Positions 47,796-58,084 of a stretch of 62,379 bases of DNA are shown one piece after another. The notes below the pieces were generated by a model that saw only the letters and a program-made list of their open reading frames with translations, did no database searches and was not told where the DNA came from. The stretch covers positions 1 to 62,379 of the forward strand of contig JBGSKU010000278.1 in the NCBI GenBank assembly GCA_041741055.1, read 5' to 3'. Both the position numbers and the translations under genes were made by a program. Every line of letters begins with the position of its first letter. Position 1 is the first letter of the stretch. This DNA comes from Hyphomonas sp. Lineage in GTDB: Bacteria > Pseudomonadota > Alphaproteobacteria > Caulobacterales > Hyphomonadaceae.

Positions 47796-47999
47796 ATGAA
47801 CCTTGATCGTGCCGTCCTTGCCTTCGCGGGCTTCGTTGTTCTCGTCAGCCTCTCGCTTGGCTATTTTGTGTCCCCTTACTGGTTCCTGCTGACCGCTTTC
47901 GCCGGCGCGAACATGCTGCAGGCGGCCTTCACGGGATTTTGCCCTGCGGCGATGATCTTCAAGCTCTTGGGTGTGAAATCAGGCAACGCGTTCCGCTGA
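47796..47999 (+). CDS. DUF2892 (YgaP-like) small membrane protein
   Basis: Two TM segments, ANMLQAAFTGFCP; RBS AGGAG. Confidence 0.85.
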   Translation: MNLDRAVLAFAGFVVLVSLSLGYFVSPYWFLLTAFAGANMLQAAFTGFCPAAMIFKLLGVKSGNAFR

Positions 48000-48004
48000 T
48001 TTGA

Positions 48005-51000
48005 TCACGAAGGCGTCTTGGCGCCGAAGCGCAAATCGAGCGTATGCGGAAAGTGGTGGTTCAGTTCGAACGGCGCTGCGGTAACCTTGCCCGGTGTGTG
48101 ACCCATCGCAGCAAACCGCGCCATCCGCCGTCCTTCGGCTTCGTTCTCGTTCACCGGATAGGTCTCGAAGCTACGACCGCCGGGGTGTGCTACATGATAG
48201 GTGAAGCCACCGACTGACTTTTCATTGAGCAGGTCGATCACATCTACAACGAGAGGCGCCTGAGGTTTCAGGCGCGGATGCAGGCTTGAGGGCTGTGACC
48301 AGGCCTTGAACCGGATGCCGGACACGAACTTGCCTTCGTCGCGCGTCGGCGTCAGCGGCAGAGCGCGCCCATTGCAGGTGATCTGATGCCGTCCGGGCAC
48401 CAGTCCCGTCACGGTCAGCTCCATCCGTTCGACGGTCGCATCGACCGATCGGCTGACGCCGCCGCCTGAGGGTTCTTCTCCCATCACCGGCCAAGGTTCG
48501 AGCGCGTTGCGAAGCACAAGTGTGGTCTCGCCGATCTGTGCCTGCCCGCATTCCGGGAAGCGGAATGCAAAGAAGGGTTCGAACCAGGCGGGTGCCAGAT
48601 CGAACCCGGCATGACGCAGGCTGTCGAGCACGGCGTGCAGGTCTTCCCGCACGAAATGCGGCAGCATGAACTTGTCGTGCAATTGCGTGCCCCAGCGCAC
48701 CAGTTGTCCCTTGTAGGGCGTCTTCCAGAACCAGGCGATGCAGGCGCGCAGAAGCAGGCTCTGCACAAGGCTCATCTGCGGATGCGGCGGCATCTCGAAG
48801 CCGCGCATTTCGAGCAGGCCCAGCCGGCCGCGTTCGCTGTCCGGGCTGTAGAGCTTGTCGATGCAGAATTCGGCGCGGTGCGTGTTGCCCGTCAGGTCGA
48901 CGAGAAGGTTGCGAAACAGCCGGTCGACCACCCAGGCTGGCGTGTCGCCGGTTTCTGGCACCTGCTGGAACGCAATCTCGAGTTCATAAAGGGAATCGTG
49001 GCGCGCTTCGTCGATGCGTGGCGCCTGGCTTGTCGGTCCGATATAGGTGCCAGCGAACAGGTAGGACAATGAAGGGTGGTTCTGCCAGAACGTGATCATT
49101 GAGCGCAGCAGGTTGGGGCGCCGCAGGAACGGGCTGTCCTCAGGCTGCATGGCGCCAAGCACGATATGATTGCCGCCGCCCGTACCTGTGCGCCGCCCAT
49201 CCAGCATGAACTTCTCGGCCGATAGCCGCGCCTGTCTCGCTTCATCATAGACTGTATGGGCAATGGTCTTCAGATCCTCCCAGTCTTCGGCCGGCTGAAC
49301 GTTGACTTCGATCACGCCCGGATCCGGCGTCACGCTGAGGTTCACGATGCGGGGATCGCGTGCGGGTGTATAGCCTTCAAGGACAACCGGAATGCCGGTC
49401 TGGCGCGCGACGGTTTCGATGGCCTGGATCAGCATCAGGAAATGTTCTGTCCAGGCGACAGGCGGCAGGAACAGATGCAAGGCTCCGCCGCGAACTTCAG
49501 CGCAGATCGCGCTGCGGATCAGGCCATTGGGGTCATCCCGGAAACGCGCATCGTCCATCGCGCCAGCGGCCTTGATCGACTTCTTCAGCGCAGCGGCGCT
49601 TGGCAACTTTGACTGCATGCTCAGCACACTGCGTTCCGGAACAAGCTCGTCCTTGGCTTCGTCGGGAGAGGGCAGGCTGCTCAAGGGCAGCCGCAGGCCG
49701 ATGGGCGAGTCGCCGGTAAGCAGGATGAGATGTCCGCTCTTGAAAGCCCAGGCGTTGCTGATCCATCGCTGCCGGGGGTGGGAGAAATGCAGCGGAAGGA
49801 CATAGCCGACCGGCGCGTTCAGGTTCTTGTCCATCAGCGACTGCAAACGCTCGCGTTCCGTGCGCTCAAAGACGTCAGCTTCGAGAATATCGCCCGCGAT
49901 GGGGAGCCGGCGTTCTTTCCACAGATAATAGGGCGTGTCCTCCCGGGCTGGTAGCACATAGGATTCCGGGATTCCCAAAGCCATGCTCAGCGTACTGAGG
50001 AAAGTTCTTGCCGTGTCGAGTGTGTGCCCCAGATCTGCATCCGGGTCGGCCAGCAAGGCGGGATCACTCCACATCGCCACCCCGTCCGCACGCCAGAAGC
50101 AGGGCATCGCCCAGCGTGGAAGGATTTCGCCGGGATACCACTTGCCCTGCGTGAACATGTGTAGCGCGCCCGTCGCAAACCGGCGGCTCAACCGATAAAG
50201 CAAGTCCTTGGCCAAAGCTTTCTTTTCGCCGCCGAGCGCGCCGTAGTGCCAGGCATTGTCTTCCCGGTCGTCGATCGACACGAAGGTCGGCTCGCCGCCC
50301 ATGGTCAGGCGCACATCGGATTTGGTGAGCACGGCATCAACCTGCTTTCCCAGCGCATCGATTTCTGCCCACTGCGCCTCGGAATAAGGCTTGGTCACCC
50401 GGGGCGCCTCGAAGATGCGCCGCACGGACATCTCGTGATGCAGCACCGCTTCCACGCCGCCTTCCAGCGTGCCCGAAATCGGCGCGGCGCTGGAGGGATT
50501 GGGTGTGCAGCAAAGCGGTATATGTCCTTCGCCGGCGAACAGGCCCGAGGTCGGATCGAGGCCCACCCAGCCAGCGCCCGGCAAATAGACTTCCGTCCAG
50601 GCATGCAGTTCGGTGAAATCGATCTCCGTTCCCGACGGCCCATCAAGCGACTTCACATCCTGCGCCAGCTGGATGAGGTAGCCCGACGCAAACCGCGTCG
50701 CCAGCCCCAGATGACGCAGCGCCTGGCAGAGGAACCACGCCATGTCCCGGCAGGACCCGGTGCCCAGCGAAAGCGTCTCTTCGCAGGACTGGATGCCCGG
50801 TTCCAGCCGCACGGTGTAGCCCAGAGTCTGGTTGAGTTTCTGGTTCACCGCGACGAGGAAATTGATGATTCCGGTGGGCGTCCGGTCCAGGCTCTCCAGC
50901 CAATCCATCAGCCCGCCGCCGCGCTCCTTGACCTCCAGATACGGTGCCAGTTCTTCGCGCAGCCCTGCTTCGTAGGTAAACGGAAACGTCTCCGCATAGG

Positions 51001-51289
51001 GTTCCAGAAAGAAGTCGAATGGATTGAAAACCCTGATCTCGGTAACAAGGTCAACCTCGACCCGGAATTGTTTGACGTTTTCCGGAAAGACAACACGGGC
51101 GAGGAAATTGCCGAACGGGTCTTGCTGCCAGTTTATGAACTGGTTTTTCGGTAGAACCTGCAGGCTGTAGGATTGGATTGCGTTTCGCACATGTGGGGCG
51201 GGGCGAAGGCGGATTGTCTGTGTTCCCAGCGACGCGGGCCGATTGTACGTGTATGAGGTTACATGGTTGAGCGCGACGGTTATGCTCAT
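48005..51289 (-). CDS. Transglutaminase fused to DUF2126 putative amidoligase
   Basis: N-terminal HVTSYTY...IRLRPAPH, WQQDPFGN; triad GSCRD / LHAWTEVY / GLDPTSG; DUF2126 motifs LTMGGEPTFVS, TPDPGVIEVN, TGGGNH, GNTHRAEFCIDKL, EMRGFEMPPH. Confidence 0.9.
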   Translation of the reverse strand: MSITVALNHVTSYTYNRPASLGTQTIRLRPAPHVRNAIQSYSLQVLPKNQFINWQQDPFGNFLARVVFPENVKQFRVEVDLVTEIRVFNPFDFFLEPYAETFPFTYEAGLREELAPYLEVKERGGGLMDWLESLDRTPTGIINFLVAVNQKLNQTLGYTVRLEPGIQSCEETLSLGTGSCRDMAWFLCQALRHLGLATRFASGYLIQLAQDVKSLDGPSGTEIDFTELHAWTEVYLPGAGWVGLDPTSGLFAGEGHIPLCCTPNPSSAAPISGTLEGGVEAVLHHEMSVRRIFEAPRVTKPYSEAQWAEIDALGKQVDAVLTKSDVRLTMGGEPTFVSIDDREDNAWHYGALGGEKKALAKDLLYRLSRRFATGALHMFTQGKWYPGEILPRWAMPCFWRADGVAMWSDPALLADPDADLGHTLDTARTFLSTLSMALGIPESYVLPAREDTPYYLWKERRLPIAGDILEADVFERTERERLQSLMDKNLNAPVGYVLPLHFSHPRQRWISNAWAFKSGHLILLTGDSPIGLRLPLSSLPSPDEAKDELVPERSVLSMQSKLPSAAALKKSIKAAGAMDDARFRDDPNGLIRSAICAEVRGGALHLFLPPVAWTEHFLMLIQAIETVARQTGIPVVLEGYTPARDPRIVNLSVTPDPGVIEVNVQPAEDWEDLKTIAHTVYDEARQARLSAEKFMLDGRRTGTGGGNHIVLGAMQPEDSPFLRRPNLLRSMITFWQNHPSLSYLFAGTYIGPTSQAPRIDEARHDSLYELEIAFQQVPETGDTPAWVVDRLFRNLLVDLTGNTHRAEFCIDKLYSPDSERGRLGLLEMRGFEMPPHPQMSLVQSLLLRACIAWFWKTPYKGQLVRWGTQLHDKFMLPHFVREDLHAVLDSLRHAGFDLAPAWFEPFFAFRFPECGQAQIGETTLVLRNALEPWPVMGEEPSGGGVSRSVDATVERMELTVTGLVPGRHQITCNGRALPLTPTRDEGKFVSGIRFKAWSQPSSLHPRLKPQAPLVVDVIDLLNEKSVGGFTYHVAHPGGRSFETYPVNENEAEGRRMARFAAMGHTPGKVTAAPFELNHHFPHTLDLRFGAKTPS

Positions 51290-51407
51290 ACGGAGTGTTC
51301 CTTGTGGCGCGGATCGTGGAGCGCGGGGGCTGCGAGGGACCGGGCCGGGTAACAGTAAGCCAATATTCGTCCGCCGAACGGTGAGTTGAGAAGCAGGAAG
51401 AGTCCAA

Positions 51408-53285
51408 GTGTTCCAGATACCTACACTGAACAGCGATATCCTGCTGATCAACTTCGACTCACCGAGTTCGCCCTCCATCAACATCAATCTGGCTAAAAAT
51501 CTGTCAGGCAGCCATACGCATGGCTGGGGACTTGGCTGGTATCCGGGAAACCAGTCGTCCGCGATGGTGATCAAGGATCCGGCAGCGCGCGGGACACAGG
51601 TATTCACCGACAGTCTGACGGACTGGTCGAACTTCCGGTCAAACGTCTTCTTCTGCAAGGTCCGCGGCGCGGATCAGGGCTACAATCAGGCCGAAACGCA
51701 GCCCTTTACCCGCAGCTTCGCCGGTTCCGACTGGCTGTTCATGCACAATGGCGACCTGGACAAACAGGCGCTCACGCAGATCTTCGAAGGCGACGTCCGC
51801 CTGCTTGAGCCGGTCGGCAGCACCGATTCGGAACTCGCCTTCTGCAACTTGCTCGCCCACATGCAGGCCCACGGCGCCCGCAAGCTGGCTCAGGTTGATC
51901 CCAATGAAATCCTGTCCTGGTTCCAGCGTTTCGACCAGCTCGGCAGCTCGGACATGTACCTCAGCGACGGGCAAACCGTCTGCTGCTTCCATGGATCCCG
52001 CTCACCCAAGAATCTTTACTATTCGCGTCTCCGGCCACCCAATAACCTTCACGTCCTCGATTCAGAGGCGATCCGGGTTGCTGTCGACGACCCGCGCGAC
52101 GCCTTCCGCACAGCGCTGGTCGTCACCTCCACCCGGTTCGACACGGGCGACTGGATCGAGATGCAGCCGGGCCAGCTGATCCTCGCCAATCGCGGTGTGG
52201 TCACCTGGAACAGCAATGCAGGAGGTGCCGTCTGGGCCGTTCCACCGGACACGGTCATTCGTCCCGCAGGCGGCACTGCCGGCTCGCTGATGCATCAAAC
52301 GCAAGCGGCCCAGGGTCAGGCGCAAGCGGTGGCGATCGCTCCGGTGATTCAGGAATTTGTTACCAGTACGCGCGCCATTACGCACACGGTCGAAGGGCGC
52401 AGCCTGTCCTACCGCCTTTTCGACGTCGCCCACACCACGCACTACCAGTATTCAGAGCCGGTCGAGCGCAGCACGCATCTTTTTCGTCTGATCCCGACGG
52501 ACGACCTGATCCAGGAAGTTGTGCATTCGAAGCTGACCCTGTCCTCGGCCGCTGAAGAAATTCAGTATGAAGACGTGTTCGGCAACCAATCGGTCCATTG
52601 CGAGATCACAACGCCGTACCAGGACCTGTCGGTCACGGCGACCAGCCGGGTGAAGATCTACCAGTCCCCGCCGGACGATCACGGCATTGCGCTGCGCCAG
52701 ACGTCGATCCCGCTGATCTGGATGCCATGGCAGCGCCAGATGATGCTGCCTTACCTTCTGCCCCCGGAACTTCCGGAGAGCCAGCTGAGAGAGCTGACCA
52801 ACTACGCGATGAGCTTCGTCGAGCGGAACGATTATCATCTGCTCCGCACGGTGAACGACATCAATCTGAGCATCTACAAGGACTTCCAGTACGTGCCGGG
52901 CAGCACCCAGATCAGCACGACGCCGTTCGAGGTCTACACCAACCGGCGCGGCGTCTGTCAGGATTTTGCCAACCTGTTCATCTGCCTTACGCGGTTGCTC
53001 AGCCTGCCCGCGCGCTACCGGATGGGCTACATCTACACGGGCGCCAACTACACCAACAAGATCCAGTCGGATGCGTCGCACGCCTGGGCGGAAGTCTATC
53101 TGCCCTATGTCGGCTGGCGCGGTTTCGACCCCACAAATGGTTGCGCCGCCAATCAGGATCACATCCGCGTCGCCTGCGGGCGCAACTATGTGGATGCCAC
53201 GCCGACATCAGGCACCATCTATAAGGGTGGCGGCATCGAAAGCCTGCGCGTCGAAGTGCGCATGGATGAAGTTCAGGGGCCGTAG
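51408..53285 (+). CDS. Class II glutamine amidotransferase-like (Ntn) domain fused to transglutaminase
   Basis: HGWGLGWY, ETQPF, FMHNGDL, GSTDSELAF; then HTTHYQY, EDVFGN and triad GVCQDF / SHAWAEVY / GFDPTN, GRNYVD. Confidence 0.85.
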   Translation: MFQIPTLNSDILLINFDSPSSPSININLAKNLSGSHTHGWGLGWYPGNQSSAMVIKDPAARGTQVFTDSLTDWSNFRSNVFFCKVRGADQGYNQAETQPFTRSFAGSDWLFMHNGDLDKQALTQIFEGDVRLLEPVGSTDSELAFCNLLAHMQAHGARKLAQVDPNEILSWFQRFDQLGSSDMYLSDGQTVCCFHGSRSPKNLYYSRLRPPNNLHVLDSEAIRVAVDDPRDAFRTALVVTSTRFDTGDWIEMQPGQLILANRGVVTWNSNAGGAVWAVPPDTVIRPAGGTAGSLMHQTQAAQGQAQAVAIAPVIQEFVTSTRAITHTVEGRSLSYRLFDVAHTTHYQYSEPVERSTHLFRLIPTDDLIQEVVHSKLTLSSAAEEIQYEDVFGNQSVHCEITTPYQDLSVTATSRVKIYQSPPDDHGIALRQTSIPLIWMPWQRQMMLPYLLPPELPESQLRELTNYAMSFVERNDYHLLRTVNDINLSIYKDFQYVPGSTQISTTPFEVYTNRRGVCQDFANLFICLTRLLSLPARYRMGYIYTGANYTNKIQSDASHAWAEVYLPYVGWRGFDPTNGCAANQDHIRVACGRNYVDATPTSGTIYKGGGIESLRVEVRMDEVQGP

Positions 53286-53307
53286 ATTTCTCTACGGCCG
53301 TCTTGGC

Positions 53308-55005
53308 TTAAGCGGACTCGACCGTCGGGCTCAGACGGTCTCGCAGCTCGCGCTTGAGGAATTTGCCGCTGGCATTGCGAGGCAAGGCCTCGTCGAGGAA
53401 CCAGATGTAGCGGGGCACCTTGTGCTTCGCCATGATTACCGCGCAATGCGCGCGCAGCTCGGTATCGTTCACGCGCTCACCCGGCTTCAATACCACCGCC
53501 GCGCCGACTTCTTCGCCGAGGCGTTCATCGGCCACGCCGAACACGCAGCATTCCGCAACCGCGGCGTGCCGATAAATTGTCGCTTCGACCTCGGCGCAGT
53601 AAACGTTCTCGCCGCCGCGCAGCACCATGTCCTTCTTGCGGTCAACGATGAAGATGAAGCCGTTTTCGTCGATCCGGGCCACGTCGCCAGTATGCAGCCA
53701 GCCGTCGGTGATCGACGCTGCCGTCGCTTCCGGCCGGTTGATGTATCCCTTGATGACGGATGAGCCTTTGACCCAAAGCTCGCCCACCTGGCCGGGCGGA
53801 ACGGTGTTGCCATCGTCATCGACGCACTTGGCTTCGAAGTTCGGCATGTAGGGGCCGGCGGTGTCCGGTTTGTCCACAAAGAAGTCGCCGGAGACCGACG
53901 TGATGATCCCGCAGGTTTCGGTCATGCCATAACCGGTGCTCGGCCGGGCTGTGGCAACCTGGGCTTCGATCTTGAGCACAAGATCCGGCGGCACTTGCGC
54001 GCCGCCGCCAGCCAACGCCGTCAGGCTCGAGGTATCGGTCTTGGCAAAGTCGGGATGGTTGATCAGTTCGCGCGCCATCACGGGCACGCCGCTCATGCCC
54101 GTGACCCGTTCGCGCTCGATCATCCGGAGCGCTTCGCCGGCATCCCAGCGATACATCAGCACCAGCATGCCGCCTGCGGCCGTCGCTGCGTAGGCCCCGC
54201 AATTGTTGGCCGTCACGTGGAACAGGGGCGTGGTGATCAAGGTCACAGGAATCGGAGGTGTCGCGGGCGGAACCAATCCGGTGGCACGCTCCATGGCGAG
54301 CGCCGTCGAGGCGCCTGCAAACATCATGTTCATCAGGTTTGCCACACAACCGCGGTGCGTCAGCTGCGCCCCCTTGGGGAAGCCGGTCGTTCCCGACGTG
54401 TAGAAGATGCAGGCATCGGAGTCCGGATCGACCTTCACATCCGGCATGTCGCCGCCATGAGCGATGACATCGCTCCAGGGCGTGACGTCCGGGCTGGCAT
54501 CCGGGATTCGCACGCCCACCAGCTTCAGCTTTCCGGCCAGATCCGGGCATTCGCGAAACCGTTCGAGGCGCTCGGCATCAAGGAACATCACCTTGGGCGC
54601 CGAGTCGTTCAGCGCATATGTCATTTCCTCGGGAGTCCACCAGGCGTTCATGCCGACCACGGCCACACCTATCGACACGCAGGCCCAGTAGATCAGCATC
54701 CATTCGGGATAATTGCGCATGGCGATGGCCACGCGCTCACCCGGCTTCACGCTCTGGCTCACAAGCCAGGCCGCAACGGCGTTGGCCTGCTTGTGGGAGT
54801 CGGCGTAGGTGAGCCGTTCGTCGCCATAGACGAGGTACGGGCGCTCGGCGAACTGGAGTGTCGAAAGCCAGAACTCCCGGATACTCGGCGGGGCGTTCTT
54901 GTAGTTCAGGAGGCGGTGGCCCAGCACGTCGGCGACTTCGATTTCGAATGCGCCGCCCGGTCCGGTCAGTTCTTCGCGGGCTTTCATGAGCTCGGCGTAA
55001 TGCAT
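53308..55005 (-). CDS. Long-chain fatty acid-CoA ligase / AMP-binding enzyme
   Basis: YTSGTTGFPKG, PLFHV, GYGMTET, WLHTGD, DRKKDM, PRNASGK. Confidence 0.92.
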   Translation of the reverse strand: MHYAELMKAREELTGPGGAFEIEVADVLGHRLLNYKNAPPSIREFWLSTLQFAERPYLVYGDERLTYADSHKQANAVAAWLVSQSVKPGERVAIAMRNYPEWMLIYWACVSIGVAVVGMNAWWTPEEMTYALNDSAPKVMFLDAERLERFRECPDLAGKLKLVGVRIPDASPDVTPWSDVIAHGGDMPDVKVDPDSDACIFYTSGTTGFPKGAQLTHRGCVANLMNMMFAGASTALAMERATGLVPPATPPIPVTLITTPLFHVTANNCGAYAATAAGGMLVLMYRWDAGEALRMIERERVTGMSGVPVMARELINHPDFAKTDTSSLTALAGGGAQVPPDLVLKIEAQVATARPSTGYGMTETCGIITSVSGDFFVDKPDTAGPYMPNFEAKCVDDDGNTVPPGQVGELWVKGSSVIKGYINRPEATAASITDGWLHTGDVARIDENGFIFIVDRKKDMVLRGGENVYCAEVEATIYRHAAVAECCVFGVADERLGEEVGAAVVLKPGERVNDTELRAHCAVIMAKHKVPRYIWFLDEALPRNASGKFLKRELRDRLSPTVESA

Positions 55006-55136
55006 CTCTCTCCCCAATTCCTTTTAGCTGATTTTGGCAAGATCATGCACAGAACGCGGGGGAAAGGAACACATGGCGCAAGGGCAGGCACTGCATCCGG
55101 CGATGCAGTGGGGCGAATCTTTCAATAGCCTGACAT

Positions 55137-56762
55137 TTACCTCAGCTTGGGCTTCGGCATCAGGAAAACAGCCGAAAACACAAGAACGAACCAGATCATG
55201 ATCACGTAGAAACAATCACGGAAGGCCAGCTCGGTAGCCTCAGCGGCCACACGTTGGCTTATGTTCTGGAACGCGCTCGTGAACGCGGTCAGCTGAGGCA
55301 TTCCGGTGGTCTCCAGCGCCTGCGCCTGCAGCGCGTGCTGGAACAGGAACTCCGAATTCGCTTCGTTCATTTCCGAAACCAGGTGCTCGCCATGAAACAG
55401 CATACGCCGTTGCAGCAGGACCGCGAGAAGGTTCACGCCGAATGCGCCGCCCGCCTGCATCAGGAACGAGACCCCTCCCGTCGCCGAGGCCAGCAGGTGC
55501 TGAGGCACGGCGCGGACGGCCGTGGTGTTCGCCGGCGACATGCTGAAACTGATGCCGACCCGGCTAAGAACGATCCAGCTGACCAGCACCCAATAGGGGG
55601 TCAGCGCCGTGATGCCTGAGAGCAGGAACGAAGAGGCGGCAAAGCTGAACGTGCCGAATCCAAGCAGCCAGCGCGGGTCGATCTGGTCGGTCAGCCGGCC
55701 GGCAATCGGAAAACCGACCACCATGGCGAGGCCCGCCGGGATCATCATCACCCCGGCCGCCGTGGGAGAGTATCCCTGCACAAGCTGCACGAACAGAGGG
55801 ATGAGATAGGTCGACCCATAGATCGCAGTGCCGGTCGCCACGATCACGATGCTGAACGCCCAGAACTGCCTGTACTTGAAGATCGCGGGATTGAGCGCGG
55901 GGAAGGGATGGCGCCGCTCCCAGAAGAAGAACACAACGCCTGCCACCACGGAGACGGCGATCCGGATCAGTGTCTTGTCCGAGTCCCATCCGTCCCGGTT
56001 GGCATTCGCGAAGGCAGACAGCAAGCCCACCAATGCCACTGCCAGCAGGATCAAACCTTGCCAGTCGAGGGGCTGTTTCCTGGCGCCGTCCCGGTCGCCG
56101 GACGGCATCAGGAATGGAGCCACCATCAGTGCGAGTATGGCGAGCGGCAGTGTGGCCACGAAAACAAGCCGCCAGCTGGCGACGTCGACTGCGATCCCAC
56201 CTAGCGCCGGCCCAAAGGCAGGTGCCAGCACCACGCCGATGGAGAACAGTCCCATGGCTGTGCCGCGCTGGCGGTCCGGAAAGGTCTTGAAGATCAGGAA
56301 CATTGACATCGGTTGCAGCAGGCCTGCCGATACGCCCTGCATGGCACGCGACAGGATGAGCAGCTCAAGCGTATTGCTGACCGCGCCCAACAGCGAGCCC
56401 ACAATGAACGACGCCATGCCGAACACATAGGTTGCGCGGGGGCCATAGGTCGTCATGGCCCAGGCATTGGCCAGCATGGCCAGCGTCGAGGAGGCGAGGA
56501 ACGCGGTCGACATCCATTGCGCCTGATCCTGGCCCAGGCCGAATGCCCCGATGATGGCGGGCAGGGCCACATTCACGGTCGTTGCCGCCAACAGGGTCGA
56601 CATGGACCCCATCAGCATCGTCAACAGGAGGAACCAGCGATAACTTGCCCCGAACTGTGCGAAGCGCTCGCGGATCGCGGCGCCGGCATCTTCAGGAATC
56701 TCGACGGCTACCCGTGCAGGTGGCGAGCCGGCAGGGAGCGACATGCCTGCCGCGCTGGTCAA
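55137..56762 (-). CDS. DHA2 (EmrB/QacA) MFS efflux permease
   Basis: TTVNVALP, SRAMQG, APAFGPALGG, QGYSP; 14-TM pattern; overlaps the adaptor stop. Confidence 0.9.
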   Translation of the reverse strand: MTSAAGMSLPAGSPPARVAVEIPEDAGAAIRERFAQFGASYRWFLLLTMLMGSMSTLLAATTVNVALPAIIGAFGLGQDQAQWMSTAFLASSTLAMLANAWAMTTYGPRATYVFGMASFIVGSLLGAVSNTLELLILSRAMQGVSAGLLQPMSMFLIFKTFPDRQRGTAMGLFSIGVVLAPAFGPALGGIAVDVASWRLVFVATLPLAILALMVAPFLMPSGDRDGARKQPLDWQGLILLAVALVGLLSAFANANRDGWDSDKTLIRIAVSVVAGVVFFFWERRHPFPALNPAIFKYRQFWAFSIVIVATGTAIYGSTYLIPLFVQLVQGYSPTAAGVMMIPAGLAMVVGFPIAGRLTDQIDPRWLLGFGTFSFAASSFLLSGITALTPYWVLVSWIVLSRVGISFSMSPANTTAVRAVPQHLLASATGGVSFLMQAGGAFGVNLLAVLLQRRMLFHGEHLVSEMNEANSEFLFQHALQAQALETTGMPQLTAFTSAFQNISQRVAAEATELAFRDCFYVIMIWFVLVFSAVFLMPKPKLR

Positions 56763-57922
56763 GTTTTCGCCGGCGGGCGCTCGGACTTGCGGATCCGTAC
56801 ACGCACCATCGTGCCAGCCCTCAGGTGGACGTCCGTCGAGTCGAGATCGATCCGGACCTTGATCCGCTGGGTGATCTTCGTGAACACGCCATTGGCGTTG
56901 GGGTTCGGCATCATTGCCGCTTCCGACAAAGTGGTCTCCCGAATGCCCGTCACATGCCCTTTCAGGGTGTTTCCCGGATTGCTGTCCGCCATCACAAGTA
57001 CGCTCGCACCCGGATGGATGTTGCGGATATCGGTTTCCTTGATGTTGGCCGTAACCCAGACGTTCGCCGGATCGTGCATCAGCGCCATCCGGAAGCCCCG
57101 CAAAGAGTGCTCACCGGGATCATAGAAGAGCTCGTCGATAACGCCGCTGACGGGCGCGCGGATCGTATGTTGTTCCACCACCACTTTCTGCGCCTCGACA
57201 CGCGCTTCCGCCTGTTCCAGTTCGGCCTGCAGCACGGTGAGGTCAAAATCGATCAGCCGCACCTCTTCGCCAGTGATGCTCGCCGTGCGTTGCTCGGCGG
57301 CGGCGGTTTCGCGCTCGGCCTGTGCCCTCAAGAGGGCCTGCTGCGCCGTCTCCAGCGCATTCTTTGCCTGATCGTAGGTGCTCTTCGGAATCCGGCCTTG
57401 ATCCAGCAGGTTCTTGGTGCGGTCGTGTTCCTGCTGCGCTGTTTCGAGATTTGACCGGGCGGCTTCGACCGACGCTGATGCCGAGCGCGTTCCTGCCTGC
57501 CGGGCGGCAACCTGGCTGCCGGCCTTGGATGCGGAAAGACCTGCGCGAGCCTCTTCGCGGGCGATTTCGGCGCGTAGCCGCGCGGCCTCCGCCTCGTACT
57601 CCGCCAGCGTGAATTCAGCTTCGCGGTCGTCGATCGTATAGAGCACGTCGCCTGCAGCGACGCGGTCGCCTTCGCTGACCGCCACGCGTGTGATCCGGCC
57701 GGATATATCGGTGGAGACAGCGATCATTTCAGAGGCGACGCGCGCATCTGCGGTTGTCACATAGGCGGCGCGGTCCATCACGAAATGCGTTGCCATCAGC
57801 ACGAACAGCAACACCGCCCCGGCGGCCAGCCAACGCCGGGACTGCTGCGACTGAAACAGGCGCCGGGCCCGCTGCGGAAGCGTCAGTGGGCGGTCATCAA
57901 GCAGTTGCGTATCGCCGTCCAT
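56759..57922 (-). CDS. EmrA/HlyD family membrane fusion protein
   Basis: TM anchor, VTTADARV, IRAPVSG, WVTANIKET, NANGVFTKITQRI. Confidence 0.9.
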   Translation of the reverse strand: MDGDTQLLDDRPLTLPQRARRLFQSQQSRRWLAAGAVLLFVLMATHFVMDRAAYVTTADARVASEMIAVSTDISGRITRVAVSEGDRVAAGDVLYTIDDREAEFTLAEYEAEAARLRAEIAREEARAGLSASKAGSQVAARQAGTRSASASVEAARSNLETAQQEHDRTKNLLDQGRIPKSTYDQAKNALETAQQALLRAQAERETAAAEQRTASITGEEVRLIDFDLTVLQAELEQAEARVEAQKVVVEQHTIRAPVSGVIDELFYDPGEHSLRGFRMALMHDPANVWVTANIKETDIRNIHPGASVLVMADSNPGNTLKGHVTGIRETTLSEAAMMPNPNANGVFTKITQRIKVRIDLDSTDVHLRAGTMVRVRIRKSERPPAKT

Positions 57923-58084
57923 TGGTTACGTCCGGCAAAGGGGTTGCCGGCCTTTTCCTCCCTTCGGTCAGTTTCCGGACCCCGGGTTCCCGGTGATTCC
58001 ACTGCCGTGAATTTCGATTGATCGGTATATAACGCAAAGGCAAGCAAGCCCTATTTCGTGACGGCAGAGCGCAACCTCCAGTCG

